In this document: piece by piece, positions 1 through 8,663 of the stretch | Layout of the letters: every line of letters starts with the position of its first letter | Numbering within the stretch: the stretch's first letter is position 1 | NCBI RefSeq assembly: GCF_036405735.1 | Contig: NZ_DASWXC010000013.1 | Coordinates: 40,268 to 104,267, forward strand | From: Nocardioides sp. | GTDB lineage: Bacteria; Actinomycetota; Actinomycetes; Propionibacteriales; Nocardioidaceae | Direction: 5' to 3' | DNA length: 64,000 bases | Made by a program: the position numbers and the translations under genes | The notes under the pieces: generated by a model | Databases searched by the model: none | What the model was told of the DNA's origin: nothing | What the model saw: only the letters and a program-made list of their open reading frames with translations

Positions 1-968
1 TCGAGCAGCCGCCGGAACGACGCGACCCGCTCCGGGTCCGCCTGGCCGGCCTCGACCGCCTGGTCGAGTCCGCACTCCGGCTCGTCGGCGCCATGGGTGC
101 AGCCGCGCGGGCAGTCCTCGGTCATCTCGTCGAGGTCCGGGAACGCCTCGATGAGGTGCTCGGGCTCGACATGGGCCAGGCCGAAGGACCGGATGCCGGG
201 GGTGTCGACGATCCACCCCGCCTCGTCGGGCAGCCGGAGCATCAGTGCGGAGGTGGAGGTGTGCCGGCCGCGGCCGGTGACGGCGTTGACGTGGCCGACC
301 TCGCGGCGAGCGTCCGGCACGAGCGCGTTGACGAGCGTCGACTTCCCCACGCCGGAGTGGCCGAGCAGCACCGACGTGCGTCCGGCGAGCCGCTCCCGCA
401 GCTCGGTCAGGTCGCCGTCCTTGCGGGTCACGACCCACGGCACGCCGAGTGAGCGGTAGGTCGACAGCAGCGTCTCGGGGTCGGCCAGGTCGGCCTTGGT
501 CAGGCACAGCAGCGGCGCCAGCCCGGCGTCGTACGCCGCCACCAGGGCCCGGTCGATCAGCCCGGTCCGCGGCTCGGGGTCGGCCAGGGCGGTGACGACG
601 ACGAGCTGGTCGGCGTTGGCGACCAGCACGCGCTCCACCGGGTCGTCGTCGTCGGCGGTGCGGCGCAGCACCGTCGAGCGCGGTGCGACCTCGACGATGC
701 GCGCCAGCGAGCCCTCGGCGCCGGTGGTGTCGCCCACGATCCGCACCCGGTCGCCGGTGACCACGCCCTTGCGGCCCAGCGGCCGGGCCTTGACCGCCCA
801 GAGCTCGCGGCCCTCGACGATGACGGTGAACCGGCCCCGGTCCACGGTCACGACGACGCCGTCGACCGCCTCGTCGTACGTCGGCCGCTCCTTGGTACGC
901 GGCCGCGAGCCCTTGCGCTTCGGGCGGTCGTAGTGCTCGACGTCGTGCTCGGAGTAGCGGCGGTTCAC
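1..968 (-). CDS. rsgA: Ribosome small-subunit biogenesis GTPase RsgA (3' end cut by window edge)
   Basis: Minus-strand frame is open from GTG at 968 to position 1. It is absent from the ORF track because there is no stop in the window. My translation contains LGHSGVGKSTLVNAL (P-loop), TGRGRHTS and DCPRGCTHGADEPEC (zinc knuckle), all typical of RsgA/EngC. It lies directly downstream of aroA. Confidence 0.85.
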   Translation of the reverse strand, partial: MNRRYSEHDVEHYDRPKRKGSRPRTKERPTYDEAVDGVVVTVDRGRFTVIVEGRELWAVKARPLGRKGVVTGDRVRIVGDTTGAEGSLARIVEVAPRSTVLRRTADDDDPVERVLVANADQLVVVTALADPEPRTGLIDRALVAAYDAGLAPLLCLTKADLADPETLLSTYRSLGVPWVVTRKDGDLTELRERLAGRTSVLLGHSGVGKSTLVNALVPDARREVGHVNAVTGRGRHTSTSALMLRLPDEAGWIVDTPGIRSFGLAHVEPEHLIEAFPDLDEMTEDCPRGCTHGADEPECGLDQAVEAGQADPERVASFRRLL

Positions 969-978
969 CCGGTGCCTC

Positions 979-2286
979 CTACAGCAGGGAGGCCCAGAAG
1001 GGGGCGAAGTCGGTGAAGGTCTTCGACGTCGTCGCGATGTTCTCGACCAGCACCGGGTCCTCATCGGAGCCGACCGCGGCGCCCACGATGACGCCGGCGT
1101 GCGCCATCCGGTGGTCCGCGTAGGTGTGGAACACCCCGCCGTGCAGACGGGCGGGCCGCAGCGAGAGCCCGTCCTCGTGCTCGGTGACGTCCGCGCCCAG
1201 GGCGCCGAGCTCGGTGGCCAGCGCGGCGAGCCGGTCGGTCTCGTGGCCGCGAATGTGGGCGATGCCGCTCAGGTGGCTCGGGGTGCGGGCCAGCGCGCAC
1301 AGGGCGGCGATGGCCGGGGCCAGCTCGCCGACATCGTGCAGGTCGGCATCGATGCCCTCCAGGCCGGTCGCCGGGTCGGGGCCGGTGACCCGCAGCGCGG
1401 TGCCGTCCGGCAGGCCGACGTACTCTACCGTGCAGCCCATCCGGGCGAGCAGGTCCCGCAGGGCGTCACCGGCCTGGGTGGTCCGGCGCGGCCAGTCGCG
1501 CACCGTGACGGTCCCGCCGGAGACGGCGGCCAGGGCGAGGAACGGAGCGGCGTTGGAGAGGTCCGGCTCGATCAGGTGATCGACGGCCGCGATGGTGCCG
1601 GGCTGCACGACCCAGCGGTTCGGCGCGCTGTCGTCGACGTGGACGCCGTGTTCGCGCAGCACGGCGATCGTCATGTCGATGTGGGGGAGCGAGGGCACCG
1701 GCGGACCGGCATGGCGTACGTCGACACCGCGGTCGTAGCGGGCTCCGGCGAGCAGCAGTGCCGAGACGAACTGCGAGGACGCGCTCGCGTCGATCGTGAC
1801 GACCCCGCCGGGCACCGACCCACGGCCTGCGACGGTGAACGGCAGCGCGTCACCCTCGACCGTGACGCCGAGGTCGCGCAGCGCGCGGAGGATCTCGCCG
1901 ACCGGCCGCTGGCGCATGTGCTCGTCGCCGTCGAACCCGACCCGGCCGGTCGACAGTGCCGCCGCCGGCGGGACGAACCGCATCACCGTGCCGGCCAGAC
2001 CGCAGTCGACCTGGGCGTCTGCGTCGAACGGTCCGGGCGTGACGGTCCAGTCCTCGCCACGGGTGTCGACCTGGGCGCCGAGCGCCGTCAGCGCGGTCGC
2101 CATCAGCAGGCTGTCGCGGGAGCGCAGCGCCCGGCGTACGACGGACGGGCCGTCGGACAGCGCGGCCAGGATCAGCGCCCGGTTGGTGAGCGACTTGCTG
2201 CCGGGCAGGGTGACGACGGCGTCGACCGGGCCGCGGGCGCGGGGCGCGGGCCAGGGGTCGGCCGGGGCCTGCTGCGCGGTGGTCAC
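979..2286 (-). CDS. aroA: 3-phosphoshikimate 1-carboxyvinyltransferase (EPSP synthase)
   Basis: 435-aa ORF with [17 protein letters not shown] near the N-terminus and a full-length EPSP synthase-like sequence. Confidence 0.93.
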   Translation of the reverse strand: MTTAQQAPADPWPAPRARGPVDAVVTLPGSKSLTNRALILAALSDGPSVVRRALRSRDSLLMATALTALGAQVDTRGEDWTVTPGPFDADAQVDCGLAGTVMRFVPPAAALSTGRVGFDGDEHMRQRPVGEILRALRDLGVTVEGDALPFTVAGRGSVPGGVVTIDASASSQFVSALLLAGARYDRGVDVRHAGPPVPSLPHIDMTIAVLREHGVHVDDSAPNRWVVQPGTIAAVDHLIEPDLSNAAPFLALAAVSGGTVTVRDWPRRTTQAGDALRDLLARMGCTVEYVGLPDGTALRVTGPDPATGLEGIDADLHDVGELAPAIAALCALARTPSHLSGIAHIRGHETDRLAALATELGALGADVTEHEDGLSLRPARLHGGVFHTYADHRMAHAGVIVGAAVGSDEDPVLVENIATTSKTFTDFAPFWASLL

Positions 2287-2350
2287 CGGGGAAGACTATC
2301 GAGGATGAGCCGGGCCGAACGGACCGTCCTGCCGTCCGTCCGGCCGGGGC

Positions 2351-2893
2351 TCACGGCAGGTGGACCTTGGCGGCGATCAGCTTGGCCTCGCGCCGCGCCT
2401 CCCGGCGCGCGAGCCGTGCGGCCCGCCGGGCGTCCTTGGCGGCCCGGCCGGCCCGCCAGGCCAGGCCCGGCCTACCGTCGGTGTCGCCCGCGGCGATGAT
2501 CAGTCCGCCGAGCAGCGAGGCGTTCTTGGCGAACTGGAGCTGCTGCGCCCGCCGGTTCTGCGGCTGCTCCTCGTCCCAGAACGCATGGCCGGCGAGCGTG
2601 GTCGGGACCGTCGTTGCGGCGAGCACCGCGGCGCAGGTGCGCGGCGCCCGGCCGGTCGCGAGCCCCAGCGCGGCGACGATCTGGAGGCCGGCGTTGAGCC
2701 TCACCCAGGTCTCGGGCTTCTCCGGCACGGGGACGCCCAGCCGCTGGCCGAGGCTGCGGACGAGCGGCTGCACCTTGTCGGTCACCCGGGTCGCCTCGCC
2801 GGCGGCCCAGGACGGGTCGCGCAGCGCGTTGACGGGCCCGATCAGGTAGATCGAGGAGAGGAGCGGACGCGCGACGAGCCTGCTGACGGTCAT
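2351..2893 (-). CDS. DoxX family membrane protein
   Basis: Hydrophobic protein (RPLLSSIYLIGPVNAL, FAKNASLLGGLIIAAG) resembling DoxX. Start set at ATG 2893, which has GGAG upstream. ATG 2923 and GTG 2926 of the tracked ORF are alternatives. Confidence 0.55.
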   Translation of the reverse strand: MTVSRLVARPLLSSIYLIGPVNALRDPSWAAGEATRVTDKVQPLVRSLGQRLGVPVPEKPETWVRLNAGLQIVAALGLATGRAPRTCAAVLAATTVPTTLAGHAFWDEEQPQNRRAQQLQFAKNASLLGGLIIAAGDTDGRPGLAWRAGRAAKDARRAARLARREARREAKLIAAKVHLP

Positions 2894-2960
2894 GCCTGCT
2901 CCATACCCGCTCGCCCCGGCCATCACACCCGCGCGGTCCCTTGCGTGCGCGCCGGCAAAA

Positions 2961-3057
2961 GGTCACGGTGACACTTGCAAACTGTCACCGTGACACTTGG
3001 CGTCGAGAGTGACCTTTCAAAGCGTCACTCGCACGGCCAACTGTCACGGTGACAGTT
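2961..3057. promoter_or_regulatory. Operator-like array: three TGTCAC(G/C)GTGACA dyads plus GAGTGAC-N10-GTCACTC
   Basis: GTCACGGTGACACTTG at 2962-2977 and GTCACCGTGACACTTG at 2984-2999. Inverted repeat at 3007-3013 / 3024-3030. Perfect 19-bp palindrome AACTGTCACGGTGACAGTT at 3039-3057, just upstream of the TACGCT -10-like hexamer at 3077-3082. Confidence 0.55.
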
Positions 3058-3089
3058 TGCGCGCGGAGGCACCCTCTACGCTGAACGAC

Positions 3090-3845
3090 ATGTGCGGGCG
3101 CTACGCGTCGAGCCGCTCGGCCGGTGAGCTGGTCGACGAGTTCGAGATCGAGGAGATCCGCGTCGCCGCGCCGCTGGAGGCGAGCTACAACGTCGCCCCG
3201 ACCGACGAGGTGTACGCCGTCGTCGAGCGCCCACCCCGGCGAGAGGCCGATGCCGAGCCGGAGCCGCCGCAGCGACAGCTCCGCTCCCTGCGCTGGGGGC
3301 TGGTGCCGTCCTGGGCCAAGGACCGTGCCATCGGCAGCCGGATGATCAACGCCCGGATGGAGACGGTCGCCGAGAAGCCGGCCTTCCGCAAGGCGTTCGC
3401 CAGCCGCCGCTGCCTGCTGCCGGCCGACGGGTACTACGAGTGGTACGAGACCGAGGTCGCGGGCCGCAACGGGAAGCCCGTGAAGCAGCCGTTCTTCATC
3501 AGACCGAAGGACCACGGCGTGCTCGCGATGGCCGGCCTGTACGAGATCTGGCGCGACCCCGACAGGGCCGACGACGACCCGGACCGGTTCCTGTGGAGCT
3601 GCACCGTGATCACCACCCGCGCCGAGGACGAGCTGGGCCGCATCCACGACCGGATGCCGCTCATGGTCGAGCGCGAGCGCTGGCGCGACTGGCTCGACCC
3701 GACCCGCGCGGCGGGCACCGACCTGCTCGTCCCAGCGGCGCCGGGCCTGCTGGAGGCCTACCCCGTGCGCCCGGCGGTCGGCAACGTCCGCAACAACGGC
3801 CCCGAGCTGCTCGAGCCGCTGCCGTTGGAGCAGGTGGACCCGTGA
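3090..3845 (+). CDS. SOS response-associated peptidase (SRAP / YedK / HMCES family, abasic-site sensor)
   Basis: Starts MCGRYAS, with the Met-Cys2 catalytic nucleophile. Also has [26 protein letters not shown] and HDRMPL motifs. The tracked ORF begins at 2997, but the family requires Cys at position 2, so ATG 3090 is used. Confidence 0.88.
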   Translation: MCGRYASSRSAGELVDEFEIEEIRVAAPLEASYNVAPTDEVYAVVERPPRREADAEPEPPQRQLRSLRWGLVPSWAKDRAIGSRMINARMETVAEKPAFRKAFASRRCLLPADGYYEWYETEVAGRNGKPVKQPFFIRPKDHGVLAMAGLYEIWRDPDRADDDPDRFLWSCTVITTRAEDELGRIHDRMPLMVERERWRDWLDPTRAAGTDLLVPAAPGLLEAYPVRPAVGNVRNNGPELLEPLPLEQVDP

Positions 3846-4480
3846 CGGCCCAGGTCCGCATCGGCACGCCGTACGGCGAGGGCCGACTGGTCACGCACCG
3901 CGCCCGCTCCCCGCTGGCGACGCTGCTGCTCAGCCACGGCGCGGGCAACGGCATCGACACCTCGGATCTGCAGGCGCTCGCCGGCGAGCTGCCGCGCAAC
4001 GGCATCACGGTCGCTCTCTTCGAGCAGCCCTGGAAGGTCGCGGGAAGCCCGGTCGCCTCACCGCCGAAGACGCTCGACGTCGGTCTGACCGCGGCGGCGA
4101 ACTGGATGCGGGTGCGCACGCCACTGGTCGTCGGAGGACGTTCCGCCGGAGCTCGCTCGGCCGCACGCACCGGTCGCTCGCTCGGTGCGGCCGGCTGTCT
4201 GGCGCTCTCCTTCCCCCTGCACCCGCCGGGCAAGCCGGAGCGCAGCCGGGTCGAGGAGCTGCGCGAGGCGCGGCTGCCCACCTTGGTGATCCAGGGGGAG
4301 CGGGACCCTATGGGCCGCCCCGAGGAGTTCCCCGAGCTGCGAGGCCTCGATCTAGCGGTGGTCCCCGCCGCCGACCACGGTCTCAAGGTCGGGGCACGGG
4401 CTCCCCTGAGCCAGCAGGACGTGCTCGACATCGTCGTCGAGAGCACCCTGGAGTGGGTCGTGCGCGAGATCAGCGGCTGA
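3842..4480 (+). CDS. Alpha/beta hydrolase (KANL3/Tex30-like, dienelactone-hydrolase-like fold)
   Basis: [10 protein letters not shown], nucleophile-elbow-like [17 protein letters not shown] and ADHGL. GTG 3842 overlaps the SRAP stop TGA at 3843-3845 (GTGA coupling). Confidence 0.65.
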   Translation: MTAQVRIGTPYGEGRLVTHRARSPLATLLLSHGAGNGIDTSDLQALAGELPRNGITVALFEQPWKVAGSPVASPPKTLDVGLTAAANWMRVRTPLVVGGRSAGARSAARTGRSLGAAGCLALSFPLHPPGKPERSRVEELREARLPTLVIQGERDPMGRPEEFPELRGLDLAVVPAADHGLKVGARAPLSQQDVLDIVVESTLEWVVREISG

Positions 4481-4513
4481 GCCGAGGTCACCGCGGAGCC
4501 TGCCGAAGCCGCG

Positions 4514-4539
4514 GGAATGGTGCAGCGCTTCGCGACGTT
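4514..4539 (+). promoter_or_regulatory. SigH/SigR-type ECF promoter (GGAAT-N18-GTT) upstream of sigH
   Basis: GGGAAT at 4513-4518, an 18-nt spacer counted from GGAAT, and CGTT at 4536-4539. ATG 4549 lies 9 nt after the GTT. Confidence 0.6.
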
Positions 4540-4617
4540 CCGACTGACATGGCAACGACGACCGCACTCCTCGAGCGCCCGGCCACGGTGACGGGCGCGC
4601 GCGTAGGCTGGGTCCCG

Positions 4618-5307
4618 ATGACTGCCAACGACGACATCGGCTACGACGCGAACCTCGACGCGCGCCTCGAAGAGGCACCCGTCGATCTGGCGACCGAGAC
4701 CCCCGAGGAGCGTGCGCTCCGCTTCGAGCGTGACGCGCTGCCCTTCCTCGACCAGCTCTACTCGGCGGCGATGCGGATGACCCGCAACCCCGCCGACGCC
4801 GAGGACCTGGTGCAGGAGACCTTCGCGAAGGCCTACTCCTCGTTCCACCAGTTCCGCCCGGGCACCAACCTCAAGGCGTGGCTGTACCGGATCCTGACCA
4901 ACACCTTCATCAACACCTACCGCAAGAAGCAGCGTCAGCCGCAGCAGGCGCTCGCCGGTGACACCGGCGACGTCGAGGACTGGCAGCTCGCTCGTGCCGA
5001 GGCGCACACCTCCACCGGTTTGAAGTCCGCCGAGATGGAGGCGCTCGAGCACCTGCCCGACTCCCAGGTCAAGGACGCCCTGCAGCGCCTGCCCGAGGAG
5101 TTCCGGCTCGCGGTCTACCTCGCCGACGTCGAGGGCTTCGCCTACAAGGAGATCGCCGAGATCATGGACACCCCCATCGGCACGGTGATGTCGCGTCTGC
5201 ACCGCGGCCGTCGTCAGCTCCGCGACCTGCTCTCCGACTACGTCCACGCCAACGACCTGCTCCCGGCCGGGTCGAAGGCGGCACCATCTGAGGGGAGCGA
5301 CCGGTGA
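4618..5307 (+). CDS. sigH: ECF sigma factor SigH/SigR (a long isoform may start at ATG 4549)
   Basis: [39 protein letters not shown] and [24 protein letters not shown] are near-identical in pattern to mycobacterial SigH. It is followed by a ZAS anti-sigma gene. TAGGCT at 4604-4609 precedes ATG 4618. Confidence 0.88.
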   Translation: MTANDDIGYDANLDARLEEAPVDLATETPEERALRFERDALPFLDQLYSAAMRMTRNPADAEDLVQETFAKAYSSFHQFRPGTNLKAWLYRILTNTFINTYRKKQRQPQQALAGDTGDVEDWQLARAEAHTSTGLKSAEMEALEHLPDSQVKDALQRLPEEFRLAVYLADVEGFAYKEIAEIMDTPIGTVMSRLHRGRRQLRDLLSDYVHANDLLPAGSKAAPSEGSDR

Positions 5308-5588
5308 GCCACACGCACGAGCAAGCCGAGGGGGAGGTCTCCGCACGCGAGTGCGCCGACTTCCTCGAGCAGATCGTCTACCTGATCGACAACGAGCTCG
5401 ACGCCGCGGACTGTGCCGCGGTGCGCGCTCACATCGACACCTGCAATCCGTGCCTGGAGAAGTACGACCTCCAGCGCACGGTCAAGGCGGTCGTCGCCCG
5501 CTCCTGCAGCGAGGTCGCCCCGAGCGAGCTGCGCGGCAAGATCCTGCTCGGCCTGACTCGCGCGAAGATCGAGATCGAGGAGGGCTGA
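5304..5588 (+). CDS. rshA: Anti-sigma factor RshA/RsrA (zinc-associated, redox-sensing)
   Basis: 94 aa with the HIDTCNPC (HxxxCxxC) ZAS motif plus an upstream Cys. The start overlaps the sigH stop. Confidence 0.85.
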   Translation: MSHTHEQAEGEVSARECADFLEQIVYLIDNELDAADCAAVRAHIDTCNPCLEKYDLQRTVKAVVARSCSEVAPSELRGKILLGLTRAKIEIEEG

Positions 5589-5611
5589 CCGGGCACCCGC
5601 ACCGGAAAGCG

Positions 5612-5643
5612 AGAAGCCCCGAGCCTGCTGGCTCGGGGCTTCT
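5612..5643. terminator. Bidirectional stem-loop between rshA and the bL37 gene
   Basis: AGAAGCCCCGAGCC-TGCT-GGCTCGGGGCTTCT, a perfect 14-bp stem. Confidence 0.7.
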
Positions 5644-5665
5644 GTGACTGCCTGGGCTGATCCGC

Positions 5666-5740
5666 TCAGGCGTTGGGGCGCTTGCCGTGGTTCGCGCCCT
5701 TCTTCTTGCGAGCGCGGCGCTTGCGACCGGTCTTGCCCAT
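5666..5740 (-). CDS. 50S ribosomal protein bL37 (24 aa, actinobacteria-specific)
   Basis: MGKTGRKRRARKKKGANHGKRPNA. The ANHGKRPNA tail matches the mycobacterial bL37 peptide as I remember it. GGAGGA Shine-Dalgarno lies 5 nt upstream of ATG 5740. The gene is buried in the tail of a spurious 110-aa tracked ORF. Confidence 0.75.
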   Translation of the reverse strand: MGKTGRKRRARKKKGANHGKRPNA

Positions 5741-5852
5741 GGTTCCTCCTACGATCGTGTGCCCGTCGGGTTGCCCCGAAGGGCTCAGAACAGTCTCCCA
5801 GAGAGAGCACCGCGGACGAAATCCGGCTGCGGGCGCCGGCCGGGAGGGTCGG

Positions 5853-6671
5853 TCAGGAGCGCAGGAGCTCGTGCCGCGCGCGCAGGGCGTCCACCAGCAC
5901 GAGGACGAGGTCGGCGCGCACCTCCGGATGATGCGGACCGAGCGCCAGCAGCAGGTAGAGCGAGCGCAGGAACGCGTCGGCACTGGCCCGGGCGACATGG
6001 TTGGCCGGGTCCGCGGCGATGCGCGCCACCCAGGGCTCCAGCACGGTCAGCGGCACGGCGTTGCGGCGCAACACGGCCAACGTGGCGGCCGCCAGCCCAT
6101 CGGTCTCGGCGTTGGCGAGGGGAGAGCCGTCCGCGGTCAGCACGCGGTCGGCGACGACGTCGAGCAGGACGGTGAGCTCGGGCTGGCTGAGGTGGGGCGA
6201 GCGGGCCAGTACGGCGAGCGCCTCGGCGCCCCGCTCGACCGCGTCCGCCCGCCCGTGACCCGGGACGACGCCACGCAGGTCGCGCTCGGCGAGCAGGAAC
6301 GTCGCCAGCCGGTCGCCCCACTCGAGCACCTTGCCGCCCGGGACGAGCGGCCGGTCGTTGTCCCGCGCGATGCAGCAGGTGAGCACGGCGGCCGACGCGC
6401 TGCGCCGGAAGACGCTGTCGGTCCCGCTCTCGCCCAGCCCGACGACCAGCCCGGCGGCCATCCCGTCGCCCAGACCGGCCAGCAGGTCGTCGTACACCCC
6501 CCGCTCGACCCAGGCGCACAGCGTGGGCAGCGCGATGCCCTCGCGCAGCCGAGCGTCAGGGTCGCCCAGCATCCGAGTGAGCTCGGCGGTCAGCTCGTCG
6601 AGGGGCCGGTCCGAGGGGACCGCGAGCCCGGTGGCGCGCACGCCGTCCCAGTACGACCCCGACATCGCCAT
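5853..6671 (-). CDS. DUF2785-like helical-repeat protein
   Basis: 272 aa. MLGDPDARLREGIALPTLCAWVERG is reminiscent of DUF2785. The call comes from memory only. Confidence 0.4.
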   Translation of the reverse strand: MAMSGSYWDGVRATGLAVPSDRPLDELTAELTRMLGDPDARLREGIALPTLCAWVERGVYDDLLAGLGDGMAAGLVVGLGESGTDSVFRRSASAAVLTCCIARDNDRPLVPGGKVLEWGDRLATFLLAERDLRGVVPGHGRADAVERGAEALAVLARSPHLSQPELTVLLDVVADRVLTADGSPLANAETDGLAAATLAVLRRNAVPLTVLEPWVARIAADPANHVARASADAFLRSLYLLLALGPHHPEVRADLVLVLVDALRARHELLRS

Positions 6672-6801
6672 GGCCCCATTCTGACAAACGGCGGGCGCTT
6701 TCCGACAAACGCCGACCGCCGGCGGTGGCAGAGCTCCGCTCGTCGTCTTGCGCGCCGCCCCGGGTTCACGCCGCCGCGGCCGGCCGCCCTAGATTGGGCT
6801 C

Positions 6802-8283
6802 GTGCCGTCCCTGATCGAGCTGGTGCGCAGCCACACCGACCTCGACGACGACGACGTCGCCTGGCTGCAGCTGCTCCAGGCCGACTGGCAGATCGTCGCC
6901 GACCTCTCCTTCGCCGACCTCGTGCTGTGGCTCCCGGACCGGGAGGGCAAAGGGTTCTGGGCGGGCGGGCAGATGCGTCCCACCACCGCGCCCACGGCGT
7001 ACGTCGACGACGTGCTGGGCACGTTCGTGCCGGTCGGCCGCCGACCGCTGCTCGACGAGGCCTACGCGGTGGGCCGGTTGGTGCGCGAGGGCGATCCCGA
7101 GTGGCGCGACGAGGTGCCCGTGCGGGTGGAGTCGATCCCCGTGCGGCACCGCGACCGCGTGATCGCGGTCGTGGCTCGCAGCACCAACCTGCTCGGCGTC
7201 CGCACCCCCAGCCGGCTGGAGCTGACGTATCTGCAGACGGCGGCGGACCTGACGCAGATGATCGCCAACGGGTTCTTCCCGTCGACCGGACAGCGCAGCG
7301 ACCACGCCGACACCCCGCGGGTCGGCGACGGCTTCGTGCGCGTGGACGACGAGGGCCTGGTGGAGTACGCCAGCCCGAACGCCCAGTCCGCCTTCCGCCG
7401 GCTCGGCCTCTCCGGCGACCTCGCCGGTCTCTCGCTGGCCGACACCACCCGCGAGCTGGTGCCGCCGCGGCTGCGGCCCGACGAGGAGACGCTCAGCGCC
7501 GTCCTGGGTGGCCGGACCCACCGCGAGGCGGAGATCGGGACGCCCGGCGTCTCGCTGATCGTGCGCTCCATCCCGCTGCGTCCGCACGGCCGCCACATCG
7601 GCGCCGTGGTGCTGGTCCGTGACGTGACCGAGCTGCGGCGTCGCGACCGCGAGCTGGTGAGCAAGGACGCCACGATCCGCGAGATCCACCACCGGGTGAA
7701 GAACAACCTGCAGACCGTCGCCGCGCTGCTGCGGCTGCAGGCCCGGCGGATCGACTCGGCGGAGGCCAAGGACGCGCTCGAGGAGGCCGTACGACGGGTC
7801 GGCTCGATCGCGCTCGTGCACGAGATGCTCAGCCAGACGGTGCACGAGCACGTCGCCTTCGACGACATCGCCGACCGGCTGGCGGGCACCCTCGGCGACG
7901 TGAGCGCCGTGGCGCGGCCGGTGCTCGTGCGCAGGGTCGGCTCCTTCGGGGAGCTGCCCTCGGAGACGGCCACGCCGCTGGCGATGGTGCTGGCCGAGCT
8001 GTTGCAGAACGCCGTCGAGCACGGCTACGCCGACGGCCGCCCGGGTGACGAGGACAGCGGCATCGTCATGACGGTGCGTCGCGTCGACGGGCGGATCCAG
8101 GTGGCGGTCGAGGACGGCGGCCGCGGACTGCCGGCCGGCTTCGACCTGGCGACGTCGACCAACCTGGGTCTGTCGATCGTGAAGACGTTGGTGGAGTCGG
8201 AGCTGGGGGGTCAGCTGGTGCTGGGGGACCGCCCGGGCCGCAGCGGTGCCCGGGCTCTCATCGAGCTGCCGGCCGACGGGTAG
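6802..8283 (+). CDS. pdtaS: Cytoplasmic GAF/PAS sensor histidine kinase PdtaS
   Basis: HHRVKNNLQTVAALLRLQARR H-box (HisKA_2 type), a C-terminal ATPase with LAELLQNAVEHG, and no TM segments. It lies between sigH and whiB1 as in M. tuberculosis. TAGATT at 6790-6795 is 6 nt before GTG 6802. Confidence 0.8.
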   Translation: MPSLIELVRSHTDLDDDDVAWLQLLQADWQIVADLSFADLVLWLPDREGKGFWAGGQMRPTTAPTAYVDDVLGTFVPVGRRPLLDEAYAVGRLVREGDPEWRDEVPVRVESIPVRHRDRVIAVVARSTNLLGVRTPSRLELTYLQTAADLTQMIANGFFPSTGQRSDHADTPRVGDGFVRVDDEGLVEYASPNAQSAFRRLGLSGDLAGLSLADTTRELVPPRLRPDEETLSAVLGGRTHREAEIGTPGVSLIVRSIPLRPHGRHIGAVVLVRDVTELRRRDRELVSKDATIREIHHRVKNNLQTVAALLRLQARRIDSAEAKDALEEAVRRVGSIALVHEMLSQTVHEHVAFDDIADRLAGTLGDVSAVARPVLVRRVGSFGELPSETATPLAMVLAELLQNAVEHGYADGRPGDEDSGIVMTVRRVDGRIQVAVEDGGRGLPAGFDLATSTNLGLSIVKTLVESELGGQLVLGDRPGRSGARALIELPADG

Positions 8284-8331
8284 GAGTGAGGGAGCGCTCC
8301 CACCGCGCGGCGCGAGGCCGGCTCGGACCGG

Positions 8332-8586
8332 TCAGACGCCGGTCCGAACCCGGGCGCGGGCGTTGCGGCGCTTCAGGGCGCGACGCTCGTCCTCGCTCAG
8401 GCCGCCCCACACGCCGTGGTCCTGGCCCGCCTCGAGCGCCCACTGGAGGCACTGTTCGCGGACGTCGCAGCGACGGCAGACCTGCTTGGCCTCCTCGATC
8501 TGGAGGATGGCCGGGCCGGTGTTGCCGATCGGGAAGAACAGTTCCGGATCCTCGTCGAGGCATGCCGAACGGTGGCGCCAATCCAT
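8332..8586 (-). CDS. whiB1: WhiB1-type Fe-S transcription factor
   Basis: MDWRHRSACLDEDPELFFPIGNTGPAILQIEEAKQVCRRCDVREQCLQWAL...GVWGGLSEDERRALKRRNAR is nearly collinear with Mtb WhiB1. Start taken at MDWRH inside the longer tracked ORF. Confidence 0.9.
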   Translation of the reverse strand: MDWRHRSACLDEDPELFFPIGNTGPAILQIEEAKQVCRRCDVREQCLQWALEAGQDHGVWGGLSEDERRALKRRNARARVRTGV

Positions 8587-8663
8587 GGCAGGGGGTTCCC
8601 TCTTTCCTTGAACGTCATGTGCAGCGCTGGGTTGCAGGACTGCGGAGGCTCGGTGCGTTGGGA

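Noticed and set aside
2961-3089. LexA SOS box or PafBC RecA-NDp element upstream of the SRAP gene.
   Set aside because: There is no TCGAAC-N4-GTTCGA-like sequence. TGTCACGGTG superficially resembles TGTCRGTG, but the distance to the TACGCT -10 is about 25 nt rather than 8 nt, and the element is a symmetric dyad.
2997-3089. The N-terminal 31-aa extension of the tracked SRAP ORF (start at 2997).
   Set aside because: SRAP catalysis requires Cys at position 2 after Met removal. The MCGRY motif begins at 3090, and the extension would run through the palindromic operator region.
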